Source of the DNA: a virus
Strand: one strand, 5' to 3'
DNA length: 64,000 bases
Virus record (IMG/VR): IMGVR_UViG_3300020724_000005
Shown: piece after piece, positions 24,769-34,330 of the stretch
Layout: each line of letters begins with the position of its first letter
How positions within the stretch are numbered: position 1 is the first letter of the stretch
The notes under the pieces: generated by a model
What the model saw: only the letters and a program-made list of their open reading frames with translations
Database searches by the model: none
What the model was told of the DNA's origin: nothing
Position numbers and translations under genes: made by a program

Positions 24769-25770
24769 TTATTTATTCTTTAATACCCAAAGACAATTTC
24801 TCGCCTGCTCAGGGAAGAATGGAGCCATTATATTTGCAACAAGATTAGAATCATAGTATTCTCTAAGAGCATCGAACATCTTTTGCTGCCAGTCATTTAA
24901 CAAGGGCTTATAGTGCGTCTGAGATGCAAATGTTCCATACTTCTTTTCTATGGTAAAGTACTTCTCGATGTGCGCTTGGAGTTCTTTATGCTCAAATTCA
25001 TGGACAGCTATTCCACGACCATCGCCTGAGTCGTATGTGTGATTTCCTGCAGCTCCTACTTTCTCATCGTAGTTAGGAGTAGAAAGGTAGTAGGTCGCGT
25101 TATCATTTCCACATGCTTTAAAGTGTTGGAGGTACACGTCTATGTTTTGCTTTCCCACATGCTCAGCAACCTCAAAGCTGATGACTTTGTCTGCTTGGAT
25201 CTGATCATATGGAAATGGATCAAGTATGAGATCTACTGCATGAAACTCTGCCCACGGCACCATGTTGTACTTTTCTTTTGCTTCTTCTATTGTCTTCTTC
25301 CTGATGTCCATCCCTACATACTTCTTGCACTTAAACTTGTTTCGGTAAAACACCTCAAGCAGGCTTCCTTTACCACAACCGAAGTCAGCTATAGTCTCAC
25401 CTATTGTTGCTTGGTTTAGAACGTGAGTCCAACGAAGGTAGTGAGCAAACTGGTCTCTATGGTACACATGCCTCTCAAAGGTGTGTTCAGGATCCAAGTC
25501 TGTTGTGTTGTACTTGCTTTTTTTCTTTGAGACTACTTCTGCATTTTCTGTTGTAACTTCCATGTTTGGTTTTTTTAGTTTTGATAATTCTTCTACCACT
25601 GCTTTATTGAAAGATCGAACAAAGTCTCTCTCAAGGTGTAGTAGCAATGCTTGTTCAGCGTCTAATCCTTCACCTTCTGATGCCAATTGTTCGATCTCTT
25701 CGTCTGTTATGTTTTGGAATTTAGTGAGATGCTTTAAGAGTTCAGCATCAAATTTTATCTGTATATTCAT
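24769..25770 (-). CDS. class I SAM-dependent methyltransferase with acidic N-terminal extension
   Basis: IADFGCGKGSLL, YVGMDI and DKVISFEVAEHV. Confidence 0.8.
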   Translation of the reverse strand: MNIQIKFDAELLKHLTKFQNITDEEIEQLASEGEGLDAEQALLLHLERDFVRSFNKAVVEELSKLKKPNMEVTTENAEVVSKKKSKYNTTDLDPEHTFERHVYHRDQFAHYLRWTHVLNQATIGETIADFGCGKGSLLEVFYRNKFKCKKYVGMDIRKKTIEEAKEKYNMVPWAEFHAVDLILDPFPYDQIQADKVISFEVAEHVGKQNIDVYLQHFKACGNDNATYYLSTPNYDEKVGAAGNHTYDSGDGRGIAVHEFEHKELQAHIEKYFTIEKKYGTFASQTHYKPLLNDWQQKMFDALREYYDSNLVANIMAPFFPEQARNCLWVLKNK

Positions 25771-25780
25771 ATGTATAAAC

Positions 25781-26650
25781 TTACATCATTCCTCCCATAC
25801 CTTGAAGTCCATCTCCTGAGTTCTCTTCTTTTTTTGTATATTTCCAAATATATCCATAACAACTTTTTCTCTTATTAGAACAGACTGACGATATATGACT
25901 ATTATTTATTTTATAATATCTACGAATATCAGCAATACTATCCCAATTTTTAATAAACTCTCCATTTAATTTATATTGAGAAATTGGCCTTGATCTAGCT
26001 GATAATTTCCCTATTCTCCCAAACATAGGATTATTCTCTGCTATTCTTTTAGATGATGGATGATCTGCTCCTCTTTTACCAAACATGCCGTTTTTTTCCC
26101 CACTCTGCCCCTTTCCAAAATTTCCATGTTTACCATCCTTTATTAACTTAGCCATTTTATCTTTTCTCTCTTGTGTCCAAGAATCTTTAATTTTCTGTTT
26201 ACCTACATCAGACATCTTAGAGCCTTTAATAATTTTACTAACGTGATCTTTTCTTTCTTGAGTCCATGATAATTTTAAAATCTCTCTATTTTTTATAGAT
26301 TTATTTGGATGATTATCACCAGAAAACATCTTAATAAAAAGATCTCTTCTTTCTTGAGTCCATGGACTCCCTCCTCCATCACCACTCTCTAATTTAAGAT
26401 TAGCCCACTCTTTAGATTCTACAATATTAAATAATATAGAATAATATTCTCCTATCTTTTTAAGATCTTCTTTATCTTCAGTTTTGTGTAATATCCAAGT
26501 CTCAATATCTTTATTTGTAAAATTATGAAATTTAATATGATTTAACCACCTACTACCTGACCCTTTATATTTATATGGATCTTTTATAGTTTTTCCTAAA
26601 TATAGTAAACCAAGGGGGCTTCTTTTAACATAAATGTATATTAGTTTCAT
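25781..26650 (-). CDS. GIY-YIG-like homing endonuclease
   Basis: Start moved to MKLIYIYV (conserved ATG context). IYIYVKRSPLGLLYLGKT, three WTQER.D repeats, and an HTH-like C-terminus. Confidence 0.85.
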   Translation of the reverse strand: MKLIYIYVKRSPLGLLYLGKTIKDPYKYKGSGSRWLNHIKFHNFTNKDIETWILHKTEDKEDLKKIGEYYSILFNIVESKEWANLKLESGDGGGSPWTQERRDLFIKMFSGDNHPNKSIKNREILKLSWTQERKDHVSKIIKGSKMSDVGKQKIKDSWTQERKDKMAKLIKDGKHGNFGKGQSGEKNGMFGKRGADHPSSKRIAENNPMFGRIGKLSARSRPISQYKLNGEFIKNWDSIADIRRYYKINNSHISSVCSNKRKSCYGYIWKYTKKEENSGDGLQGMGGMM

Positions 26651-26770
26651 AAAATAAAAAGGTCCTATAAAAATACCAGCTCCGTAATAGCTAATAATTC
26701 TATGGACCAATAAGTTTTATTATAGATAAATGATTACGGCACTTTTCTATCTATAATAAATATCTATATT
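26651..26770 (-). promoter_or_regulatory. structured HE leader, copy D
   Basis: P1 26716-26728 / 26748-26760. P2 GGTCC 26661-26665 / GGACC 26704-26708. P2a AGCT/AGCT. L1 ATTACGG 26733-26739 is complementary to CCGTAAT 26692-26698. Confidence 0.6.
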
Positions 26771-28432
26771 TTACATTCCTAAATTCATTCCACCCAAAGA
26801 ATTTTCTGAGTCTTCTTGTTCCTTTTTAGATTTAATAGATAAAACCACCGATTCAACAGTCAAAACTGTACCGGCGACTCCGCTAGCATTCTTGATCGAA
26901 GACGTTACCACCTTTGTAGGATCCAAAAGCCCTGCTGCTATGCCATTGACTATGCACTTGTTCTTCGCATCATACGCAGTGAACTGGTCGTCTTTCTGGT
27001 TTATGCTGTGCAAGATCTCATACCAGTTGTCCATGCCTGCGTTTGAGAGTATCCTCTTGAAAGGCTCATGGCACGCCTCTTTGACTATCTTGAACCCGAT
27101 CTTCTCGTTCTCTTTCCAGTCCAGAGTCTTGCTGTTCATCGCTATGATCGCCTTGATCAAAGCCACACCGCCACCAGGAAGTATGCCATCTGCCAGTGCC
27201 GCCTTTGTTGCAAGCAATGCGTCTTCTACCCTGTCTTTCTTCTCCCTCATTTCGATCTCAGAGTTGCCTCCTACGTTGATGATGGCCACTCCGCCTATGA
27301 GCTTTCCAAGTCGTTCTTGCAGCTTCTCCTTCTCGAAGAAAGACTGAGCTTTGTCTATCTGATCTTTGATCTCCAGAGACCTTGCTTGTATCGTCTCTGC
27401 GTCTCCTTTGCCATCTACCATCGTCGTGTCTTCCTTGCTTATTGTAGCCAACCTTGATTTTCCTAAGAACTTATCCATGTCTTGGGGCGTTATCTTTTCA
27501 AGTTTGTGCCCTTTGCTCTTTGACATTACCGTTCCGCCAGTCAGTATCGCCATGTCCTCAAGAAGCAGCGTACGGCGATCACCGAAGTCTGGGGCTTTCA
27601 CCGCACACACCTTTACTACGCCTCTCATCTTGTTGACGATCATCAACGCAAGCGCCTCGTCTCCGTAGTCTTCTGCTATGATCAGTATGGACTTGTTCTC
27701 TGAGTTTGCTTTTTGCAAGAACGGTATGATCTCTGCTGCTGAATTTATCCTGCCGTCGAACAGCATGATGTAGCAGTCTTCGAGGATAGCGGTCATAGTA
27801 GTGTTGTTTGTCACGAAGTACGGGCTCTTGTATCCCCTGTCGAACTGCATGCCTTCTACCACTTCTAGCGTAGTCTCTCCTGTCTTTGATTCTTCTATCG
27901 TGATCAGACCTTCGCGACCTACTTTGTCTATTGCTGCAGAGATCAGCTCTCCTACCTCAGTGTCATTGTTGCCTGATATGGTCGCAACCTGCTTGATCTG
28001 CTCTTCTGTGCTCACGTCTACCGAGAACTTCTTCAGCTCTTCGATGACCATTGCTACTGCCTTGTCTATGCCAGCCTTGACCTCTACCGCATTGGTGCCT
28101 TGGCGGATCTCTCTCATTCCCTCTTGGATCATCTTTGTCGCGAGAAGAGTCGAAGTTGTTGTGCCGTCTCCAGCTTCGTTCGCTGATTTAATTGATACCT
28201 GCTTTACTAATTGAGCGCCGATATTCTCAATTTCATCTTCTAATTTATGGAAATTTTTTGCGACGGAAACTCCATCTTTAGAAATTTTAATTTCTCCAGT
28301 AGTAGAATCTACCAGTATTACATTTCTTCCGCCGGGTCCTAATGTTGAAGATACAGTCATATTTAGTTTTTCAATACCAACAAGAAGTTTTTCTTTTAGT
28401 TCTTGACCTGAAAGACTTTGTGTTTTACTCAT
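26771..28432 (-). CDS. groL: GroEL-type chaperonin (Cpn60)
   Basis: 553 aa. GPGGRNV, AGDGTTTSTLLA, GGGVALI and a C-terminal GGMNLGM tail. Confidence 0.95.
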   Translation of the reverse strand: MSKTQSLSGQELKEKLLVGIEKLNMTVSSTLGPGGRNVILVDSTTGEIKISKDGVSVAKNFHKLEDEIENIGAQLVKQVSIKSANEAGDGTTTSTLLATKMIQEGMREIRQGTNAVEVKAGIDKAVAMVIEELKKFSVDVSTEEQIKQVATISGNNDTEVGELISAAIDKVGREGLITIEESKTGETTLEVVEGMQFDRGYKSPYFVTNNTTMTAILEDCYIMLFDGRINSAAEIIPFLQKANSENKSILIIAEDYGDEALALMIVNKMRGVVKVCAVKAPDFGDRRTLLLEDMAILTGGTVMSKSKGHKLEKITPQDMDKFLGKSRLATISKEDTTMVDGKGDAETIQARSLEIKDQIDKAQSFFEKEKLQERLGKLIGGVAIINVGGNSEIEMREKKDRVEDALLATKAALADGILPGGGVALIKAIIAMNSKTLDWKENEKIGFKIVKEACHEPFKRILSNAGMDNWYEILHSINQKDDQFTAYDAKNKCIVNGIAAGLLDPTKVVTSSIKNASGVAGTVLTVESVVLSIKSKKEQEDSENSLGGMNLGM

Positions 28433-28440
28433 AATTTATT

Positions 28441-28585
28441 TTAGTTTAAAATTTTAAATTTACTTTCTTTAATCCACTTAGTTATTGTACTTGGCGATAC
28501 TTTAAAGTATTCTGCAGCCTTTCCAGCATAATCGAAAACTAATCCACTTTCTATGTGCTACTTTTGCAATGTCTTGTTTAGTCAT
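28441..28585 (-). pseudogene. frameshifted small HTH ORF, likely remnant of an HE DNA-binding tail
   Basis: Hand translation: MTKQDIAKVAH.. in one frame, then ESGLVFDYAGKAAEYFKVSPSTITKWIKESKFKILN in the next. The span is 145 nt, not a multiple of 3. Confidence 0.4.
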
Positions 28586-28586
28586 A

Positions 28587-28796
28587 TTATTGTGTAATGT
28601 GTGATTTTAAAAAATTATCTATATCTTGACCTGATACTGATGATCCAAGATGACTAAAGTTTTCAATATACAAATCCTTAAGATGTTCTGGAATGTATTT
28701 ATGTTTAAGCTGCATATCTACTACTTCTACGTCATTCTCATCTTTAGAAGATTTTGTTTCTGTATAAAATGCCATGTAATGTGTTGGATTGCTCAT
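28587..28796 (-). CDS. hypothetical protein (69 aa)
   Basis: ORF track. Sits between groES and groEL. Confidence 0.6.
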   Translation of the reverse strand: MSNPTHYMAFYTETKSSKDENDVEVVDMQLKHKYIPEHLKDLYIENFSHLGSSVSGQDIDNFLKSHITQ

Positions 28797-28797
28797 A

Positions 28798-29088
28798 TTA
28801 TCCTAATATTGCTAAGACTTCTGTCTCTTTTGTAATGAAATAATCCTCTCCTGCAAGGCTGATCTTTGTTGTGCCCATCTTTGGTATAAGAACTACATCT
28901 CCTACTTTTAGGTTTGATGGGATCGTAGTGTCAGAGTTGTAGTTGTACGTACCCGAAGTCTCGATGACCTCTCCTGTCTCTGGGCGTTCTTTTCCCATGT
29001 CTGGTAGTATGATGTTGCCGACCATCTCCTCTGATGTCTCTACCGGCTTGAGTACTAAGTACCCATTTAGTGGTGTGATTTTGCTCAT
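28798..29088 (-). CDS. groS: GroES-type co-chaperonin (Cpn10)
   Basis: 96 aa. Shows the pattern ITPLNGYLVLKP..(loop)..IILPD....RPETGEVIE..G......VGDVVL. Confidence 0.85.
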   Translation of the reverse strand: MSKITPLNGYLVLKPVETSEEMVGNIILPDMGKERPETGEVIETSGTYNYNSDTTIPSNLKVGDVVLIPKMGTTKISLAGEDYFITKETEVLAILG

Positions 29089-29171
29089 GATATAATATAA
29101 TCTTTATTTTCGTAAACTTGTAATCTTTCTTTTCAGTAGGTTAAAGAAACACCCATAACCTATTTAAGATC

Positions 29172-29972
29172 CTATAACTTTTCTCCGCAGTTTGGGCAGA
29201 ACTTCCAGTTTGATTTCTTGATCCTTACTCCACACTCTCCGCAGTAGTTCCTGATCTCGTTTGCCTCTATGGCTCTCAGTGACTCTGGAAGCAAGTGCAT
29301 CTCGTAGCGGTAGTATGGTGTTGTGTAGAAGTCTCCTGTCGTGCTTGTGAACTTCTGGCTTGACTTCTCTCCTTGAGCTACTCGGCCCGTCTCTACTGAA
29401 TCTGGCTTTGCTTCGTTGAGCTGCTGCTTTCCTAGCCCAGTGGTTCTGATGTTTGGCCCAGCAAATGTGTTAGAAGAGTTTGCAAATGATGTTGATGAGT
29501 AGTAGCTTGTAGAGCTGTATCCTACGATGTTTCCGCTTGGGCTAGTATATACTTGGCTGTCATAGAATACAGGAGGCGTGATCGTTGTGAGCGTGCCAGT
29601 ATTGAATTTGAAGACCTCTGGATAGAACTCGACCTTGACCAGTCCGTTCTTCTCTCTAGCCTCGACTGTCTCTTCTACGTTGTCGACCTCGAAAGTCTTG
29701 AATAGGAACTTTGCGTTCTCATCGATGAACCTCTCGATGTATACTCGTTGTCCTGCTGGGATTACGATGCCAGACGTGGAAACCAACTTGCCGTTGATCC
29801 AGATCTTTGCCATGTATCTTGTCGATGTGGGGTTGTGTAATTCTATCTCGAAATTTGTTCCGTCTTTGAGGTAGATGTTCTTGCTGTCGTAGACTTTGAG
29901 CCTAGACTTCTTTGATGTGATGTGTGCTTCTGGCTTTGCAAATGTGCCATAGCCTAAGTCTGTGATGTACAT
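29172..29972 (-). CDS. hypothetical protein with C-terminal double zinc ribbon
   Basis: CGECG...CPNCG at the C-terminus. One of the few genes with a clear AAGGAG about 8 nt upstream of the ATG. Confidence 0.85.
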   Translation of the reverse strand: MYITDLGYGTFAKPEAHITSKKSRLKVYDSKNIYLKDGTNFEIELHNPTSTRYMAKIWINGKLVSTSGIVIPAGQRVYIERFIDENAKFLFKTFEVDNVEETVEAREKNGLVKVEFYPEVFKFNTGTLTTITPPVFYDSQVYTSPSGNIVGYSSTSYYSSTSFANSSNTFAGPNIRTTGLGKQQLNEAKPDSVETGRVAQGEKSSQKFTSTTGDFYTTPYYRYEMHLLPESLRAIEANEIRNYCGECGVRIKKSNWKFCPNCGEKL

Positions 29973-30111
29973 TTTGATTCTCCTTTTTTATGTGTTAACA
30001 ATGTTGCCGGTCTTATCGTGGCCTGTGACCACTCGAGGGATATCGCTTCCCAAGATCGACAAAGTTATGGGTGTTTCATCTATAAATATATGCGTTTTAT
30101 ATTTCGTTCGG

Positions 30112-30357
30112 CTAGTTATACCAAGTTATTTTATAGAGTAGAGTTTCATTTGGCTGCTTATATAATCCGTATCCCAAAGATTCTAATAGGGTTTTGTGTT
30201 CTGAAAATCCTATAATGCAATCTACTCCATGATCCCCTCTCTGTATAGCTTTGGAGATTTTTTTCTCTATGTTTGCTATGTCTGAGTCTCTGAGCTCTTT
30301 TTCTAAGCTAGATCTAACTTGGTTTGATTCTTCACTTGCTTGTTTTGCGCTTGTCAT
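30112..30357 (-). CDS. hypothetical protein (81 aa)
   Basis: ORF track. 4-nt overlap with the upstream gene. Confidence 0.6.
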   Translation of the reverse strand: MTSAKQASEESNQVRSSLEKELRDSDIANIEKKISKAIQRGDHGVDCIIGFSEHKTLLESLGYGLYKQPNETLLYKITWYN

Positions 30358-30581
30358 TTTAGCATGTTTTTTACTTCTTTTATCGTATCTGGATCTACTA
30401 TCTCTACTGCATCATGTGGATCATCACAGTCCCATTCCCAACGAAATGTTTGAGCACACTCGTCTATTGCCTGTTCTGCGTATAGTATTAATGCCTCTAT
30501 CATCGCCTGTTTGGAGTTCTCTGGCGTGTTTAACGTCCACTTTGCTTTGCATTCTTCTAAAAACTGTTCTGCTGTTTTCAT
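30354..30581 (-). CDS. hypothetical protein (75 aa)
   Basis: ORF track. Overlapping start/stop chain with its neighbours. Confidence 0.6.
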   Translation of the reverse strand: MKTAEQFLEECKAKWTLNTPENSKQAMIEALILYAEQAIDECAQTFRWEWDCDDPHDAVEIVDPDTIKEVKNMLK

Positions 30582-30811
30582 ATTCTTGTTATTAATTCAT
30601 GTCTATCAACTTTTTCATTGTATCGTAGAGTTGGCCATAAGCTGCTCATCATTTCATCATCACACATTATCTCCGAAGCAACTTCTCTGTCTATCCAAAT
30701 TCTATCGATAGCATATCCACAAGTATTACTGAGAACTAAACTTATACCATATTTTCTCCAGTAAGATTCTGTTATGATGAGTATTGTATATTTTCCTATT
30801 TTCTTAATCAT
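30578..30811 (-). CDS. hypothetical protein (77 aa)
   Basis: ORF track. Overlapping start/stop chain with its neighbours. Confidence 0.55.
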   Translation of the reverse strand: MIKKIGKYTILIITESYWRKYGISLVLSNTCGYAIDRIWIDREVASEIMCDDEMMSSLWPTLRYNEKVDRHELITRI

Positions 30812-31782
30812 TGTGGTTTGTGTTTATAGTTATTGTATTTCCATGTATATCCGCCAGCTTTTTTTCTTTTACCAATACAACATTTTTGAATATTGGTAGA
30901 ACATATATTTAGACTTTTTGCGGCTGTTGCCATGCATGTCCAAAGTTTTATATAATTTCCTTCTAAGTCAGATTGAATTATCTTAATCGCATTATGATTA
31001 TTATCACCAGTAGATCTTAATCGTAATTTTTCACGTTTTTCTGGGCTCTTATTCGGATTTTTATCTCCTATAAAATTTAGTCTACTTTTAAAAGTATTAT
31101 CTTCTTTTTTTATATATGATTCTTGATCGAAGTATTTCCATCTATAATTTCCAGAAATAGATCCATTCTTGATAGCAGCACATATATTAGAATTTTTAAG
31201 ATTTACAAATAAAGCAGCTTGTTTTAAAGAATCAAAATTTCTTATTTCATCTAAAGTGCTTTTATCTAGCATTATCACTTTTCTAGTATAATACTTTTTA
31301 TTTTTATTAGTCTCCTTTATTTTATCTAAACCCTCTTTTGTAATTATATGCTTTTTTCTCATCTTTAATTTCTGCTCTTCAGTTCTTTTTTTGCCTCTTA
31401 AGGCTAATCCAACTTTTGCAGAATGCTCTAGTGATTTTTTTACGCCACTTAAAGCTTTAGATATTGCTTTAGAGTGAGCTAATCTCGCTTCTTCATAACA
31501 TCTAGAAGATATTACTATCCAATGACACTTAGGAGTAGATCCTCTTCCTCTACACATTCTCCAAAAAGAAAATGCTCTAGCTGGTATTGATGGATTAATT
31601 CTATAAAGTAACCAATGAGCGATAAAATGTTCTCTGGCTGTTAGTTTAACTAAATTAGAATTATCATCTAATCCACCTTCTGATTTAGGTATAATATGAT
31701 GTTGTTCATAATATGGTAATATTTTACTATCTCTATTCTTTCCTTTTTCTATTAATAAATTATAATGTTTTTGATAATTCAT
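30808..31782 (-). CDS. HNH homing endonuclease
   Basis: EQHHIIPKSEGGLDDNSNLVKLTAREHFIAHW, NUMOD3-like repeats, and an HTH-like C-terminus. Confidence 0.85.
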   Translation of the reverse strand: MNYQKHYNLLIEKGKNRDSKILPYYEQHHIIPKSEGGLDDNSNLVKLTAREHFIAHWLLYRINPSIPARAFSFWRMCRGRGSTPKCHWIVISSRCYEEARLAHSKAISKALSGVKKSLEHSAKVGLALRGKKRTEEQKLKMRKKHIITKEGLDKIKETNKNKKYYTRKVIMLDKSTLDEIRNFDSLKQAALFVNLKNSNICAAIKNGSISGNYRWKYFDQESYIKKEDNTFKSRLNFIGDKNPNKSPEKREKLRLRSTGDNNHNAIKIIQSDLEGNYIKLWTCMATAAKSLNICSTNIQKCCIGKRKKAGGYTWKYNNYKHKPQ

Positions 31783-31839
31783 AAGTATTTTATTATAAAT
31801 ATACTTAGTTGGATATTTTATACATTATTATTCCCATTA

Positions 31840-34182
31840 CTAATGCCCCTCTTTCCAATTTTTACATAATGTTGGAGGAGCTTTTAAGTCTATGCTTATC
31901 TTTGTAGTATTTTCCATACAATCTTTTACTATTTGCATTGCCTCTTGAGCTCTGGAAGACTCTACTTCAGTAATCGTCTGGTCATGAATTTGAGCTATAA
32001 CTAATCCATCAATCCCAACAGATTTTAGTCGTCTATTTATTTGTATAGCTGCTCTATTTACTATTGAGGCAGCTAATGACTGTATACAATAATTGCGAGA
32101 GTTATTGATGCCATTGACGTAGTCCCTGTATATCTTGGTGACTTTCTCCTTACCATATTGTTTAGATAGCATGTTTCTGATTTGCCAATCTGTGATGCCG
32201 TCTCCGAGAGAATCGTATATCTTCTTGACTTTGTCCAAGTGTCTGATGCGACCTACTTGGGTCTTGACGTATCCTAAGGTCTGGGCTTGAAGTTTTGAGT
32301 CTGCCATCCACTGCTTCAATGCTGGAAAGCCGTTGAGGTATCCATCGACCAAGACTTGTGCCTTCTTCTGTGGTATGTCAAGGTTCATTCCTAGCGCGTA
32401 AGCTCCCATGCCGTAAGGGATGCCTAGCGCGTATGCTTTGGCTTTGTTCCTGAGCTGCGGTGCATGCTTTCTGAGGAAGTTCTCTGCCTTTTTATCTGGG
32501 GAATATTGGCTGAGATGCTCTGTCTTTATCGCGATCGTAGAATAAAAATCCCAGTTATTTCTGAAGATATCCTTGAGTCCTTCGTCGCCTGAGACATGGG
32601 CGAACACGTGAGGCTCCAAAGACTCATAATCGCAATCCACAAAGTCATTGCCCGTGTCGGATATAAAGAACGCTCTCACCAGGTTCGTGTACTCTACTAC
32701 TATCGGATCGTCTTCTCCTTCCTCTTTCGGCCTTGGAAGCTGTTGCGCGTCTGAACCATATCTGCCTGATACAGTCCCGTGCTGTTTATAATAAAAGAAA
32801 TATCTGCCGTCCTCTTGTGCATCCAAAAAGCGATCCATGTATGTAGACTTGATCTTTAGCAGCTTGCCATATATCCTGAGCTTAGACGCCCAAGAGTGTT
32901 TGTCAGCGATGCTCTGGATCAGATCATCATCGAATTGGGGTTTGCCCTTCTTGGTCTGAGACAGGGGTTTTATCCCAAGCGCATTGAATGCTATGTCACC
33001 CATCTGGTCTTTGGACTGTATGTTGAAGAACGTGCCATCGTTGTCTTTCTTCCACAACTTCATGCTTATCTTCTGCAGGTCTATATCGTCTAAAAGAAAG
33101 TCGTGTCCTTCTGACAGAAATCTTTTAACTTGTGAATCTGGCAGTTTGGAGACAGTGGATTTAGTGATGCTGTATTTCCCTGAAGCCTCTGACTTTGGCA
33201 GGTCTAGTTTAAAGTGCTCTACAGCGGCCTGAGCAAATGATCCCTTGTTGCTCGGAGGATATGCCTCTATCGCCTTGCATACTATCCAGTCTTTGATTTC
33301 CTGTCTGCCCACGAGGTCCTCTACCACAAGATCGTAGTACCGTTTCATGTCAAGATCTATCCTCTCTCTCGATGACTTGATGGTATCGATGTCCAGCTTC
33401 ACGCCTTTGTCTTCCATTGGTATGGTGACTTCTCTGTAAAGGGGCATGACCTCGTCCACAAAGAAGAAGCCCTCTAGCCCCTCGTCCTTTATCTTCTGCA
33501 GGTAGTATTTGTATATCCTTAGAGCAAGATCGGTGTCTGCACATGCGTATTTAGAGAGGATGTCTATGTCCGCCTTCCATATCTCGTAGTTCTCCTTCGA
33601 TGTAGATCCGCCGTTTGCGTGTATCGACTCCTTGAGCTCTATCTGCTCCTTGTTCGCCTCAGTCTCGATATCAATACCGATCTCTGTCTGTATGCTCTTG
33701 GCGATCTCCTTCAACGCAAAGGTACCTGCTCCGTACTCAGCGTTTGCACCTTCCTCTTGGACTGTGTGTACCATGAGTATCGTGTCTGCATGTATCGAGT
33801 CTATGAGATCTACGCCGTAGAAGTTCTTGACAAATCTGGTGTCGAAAGAGAGGTTGTGTCCGATGAGCTTTTTTCCTACAAGCAGTGCAATGGCACGTTT
33901 GGCTATGTCATGGCATAAAATACCATCAATAGACGCATTCTGGAGCTCATCGTTGACAAATAACATCGTCGGCATATAGAAACCTAGACCAACTTCTCCT
34001 GAGACAGAGAAGCCTATTATCTTGCCTTTTCTGGGGTTTAGCGAGTTTGTCTCTGTGTCAAAGGATATGAGATCATGGCTCTGTATGTGAGCTATCATTT
34101 CCTTGACTTTCTGAGAAGTATCTACTTTCAAATATGTCCTTTGTGTCATAAACTTTATTCTTCTTGTATGGGAATAGCTCAT
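31840..34182 (-). CDS. polA: family A DNA polymerase with 3-prime-5-prime exonuclease domain
   Basis: Exo motifs FDTETNSL, HNLSFD, YACADTD. Pol motifs A DYESLEPHV, B RNKAKAYALGIPYG, C AQIHDQ. The start may instead be the internal MTQRTYL. Confidence 0.95.
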   Translation of the reverse strand: MSYSHTRRIKFMTQRTYLKVDTSQKVKEMIAHIQSHDLISFDTETNSLNPRKGKIIGFSVSGEVGLGFYMPTMLFVNDELQNASIDGILCHDIAKRAIALLVGKKLIGHNLSFDTRFVKNFYGVDLIDSIHADTILMVHTVQEEGANAEYGAGTFALKEIAKSIQTEIGIDIETEANKEQIELKESIHANGGSTSKENYEIWKADIDILSKYACADTDLALRIYKYYLQKIKDEGLEGFFFVDEVMPLYREVTIPMEDKGVKLDIDTIKSSRERIDLDMKRYYDLVVEDLVGRQEIKDWIVCKAIEAYPPSNKGSFAQAAVEHFKLDLPKSEASGKYSITKSTVSKLPDSQVKRFLSEGHDFLLDDIDLQKISMKLWKKDNDGTFFNIQSKDQMGDIAFNALGIKPLSQTKKGKPQFDDDLIQSIADKHSWASKLRIYGKLLKIKSTYMDRFLDAQEDGRYFFYYKQHGTVSGRYGSDAQQLPRPKEEGEDDPIVVEYTNLVRAFFISDTGNDFVDCDYESLEPHVFAHVSGDEGLKDIFRNNWDFYSTIAIKTEHLSQYSPDKKAENFLRKHAPQLRNKAKAYALGIPYGMGAYALGMNLDIPQKKAQVLVDGYLNGFPALKQWMADSKLQAQTLGYVKTQVGRIRHLDKVKKIYDSLGDGITDWQIRNMLSKQYGKEKVTKIYRDYVNGINNSRNYCIQSLAASIVNRAAIQINRRLKSVGIDGLVIAQIHDQTITEVESSRAQEAMQIVKDCMENTTKISIDLKAPPTLCKNWKEGH

Positions 34183-34330
34183 TGAGTCTGCTCTGACGCC
34201 TTTCGCATCCGCAGTCTTCTTTTCCTAAGACTTTGGTAGCAAACCACATAGACAAACGATCCAGTCCAAAGAAATGGGTGAATCGTGCTATCGTGTCTCC
34301 AAGACCTCTACTCCTTATCTTGTTTGCCAT
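34073..34330 (-). CDS. hypothetical small protein (85 aa)
   Basis: GLGDTIARFTHFFG...CGCERRQSRLNELFP. Its 3-prime end overlaps the polA ORF in another frame. Confidence 0.5.
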   Translation of the reverse strand: MANKIRSRGLGDTIARFTHFFGLDRLSMWFATKVLGKEDCGCERRQSRLNELFPYKKNKVYDTKDIFESRYFSESQGNDSSHTEP

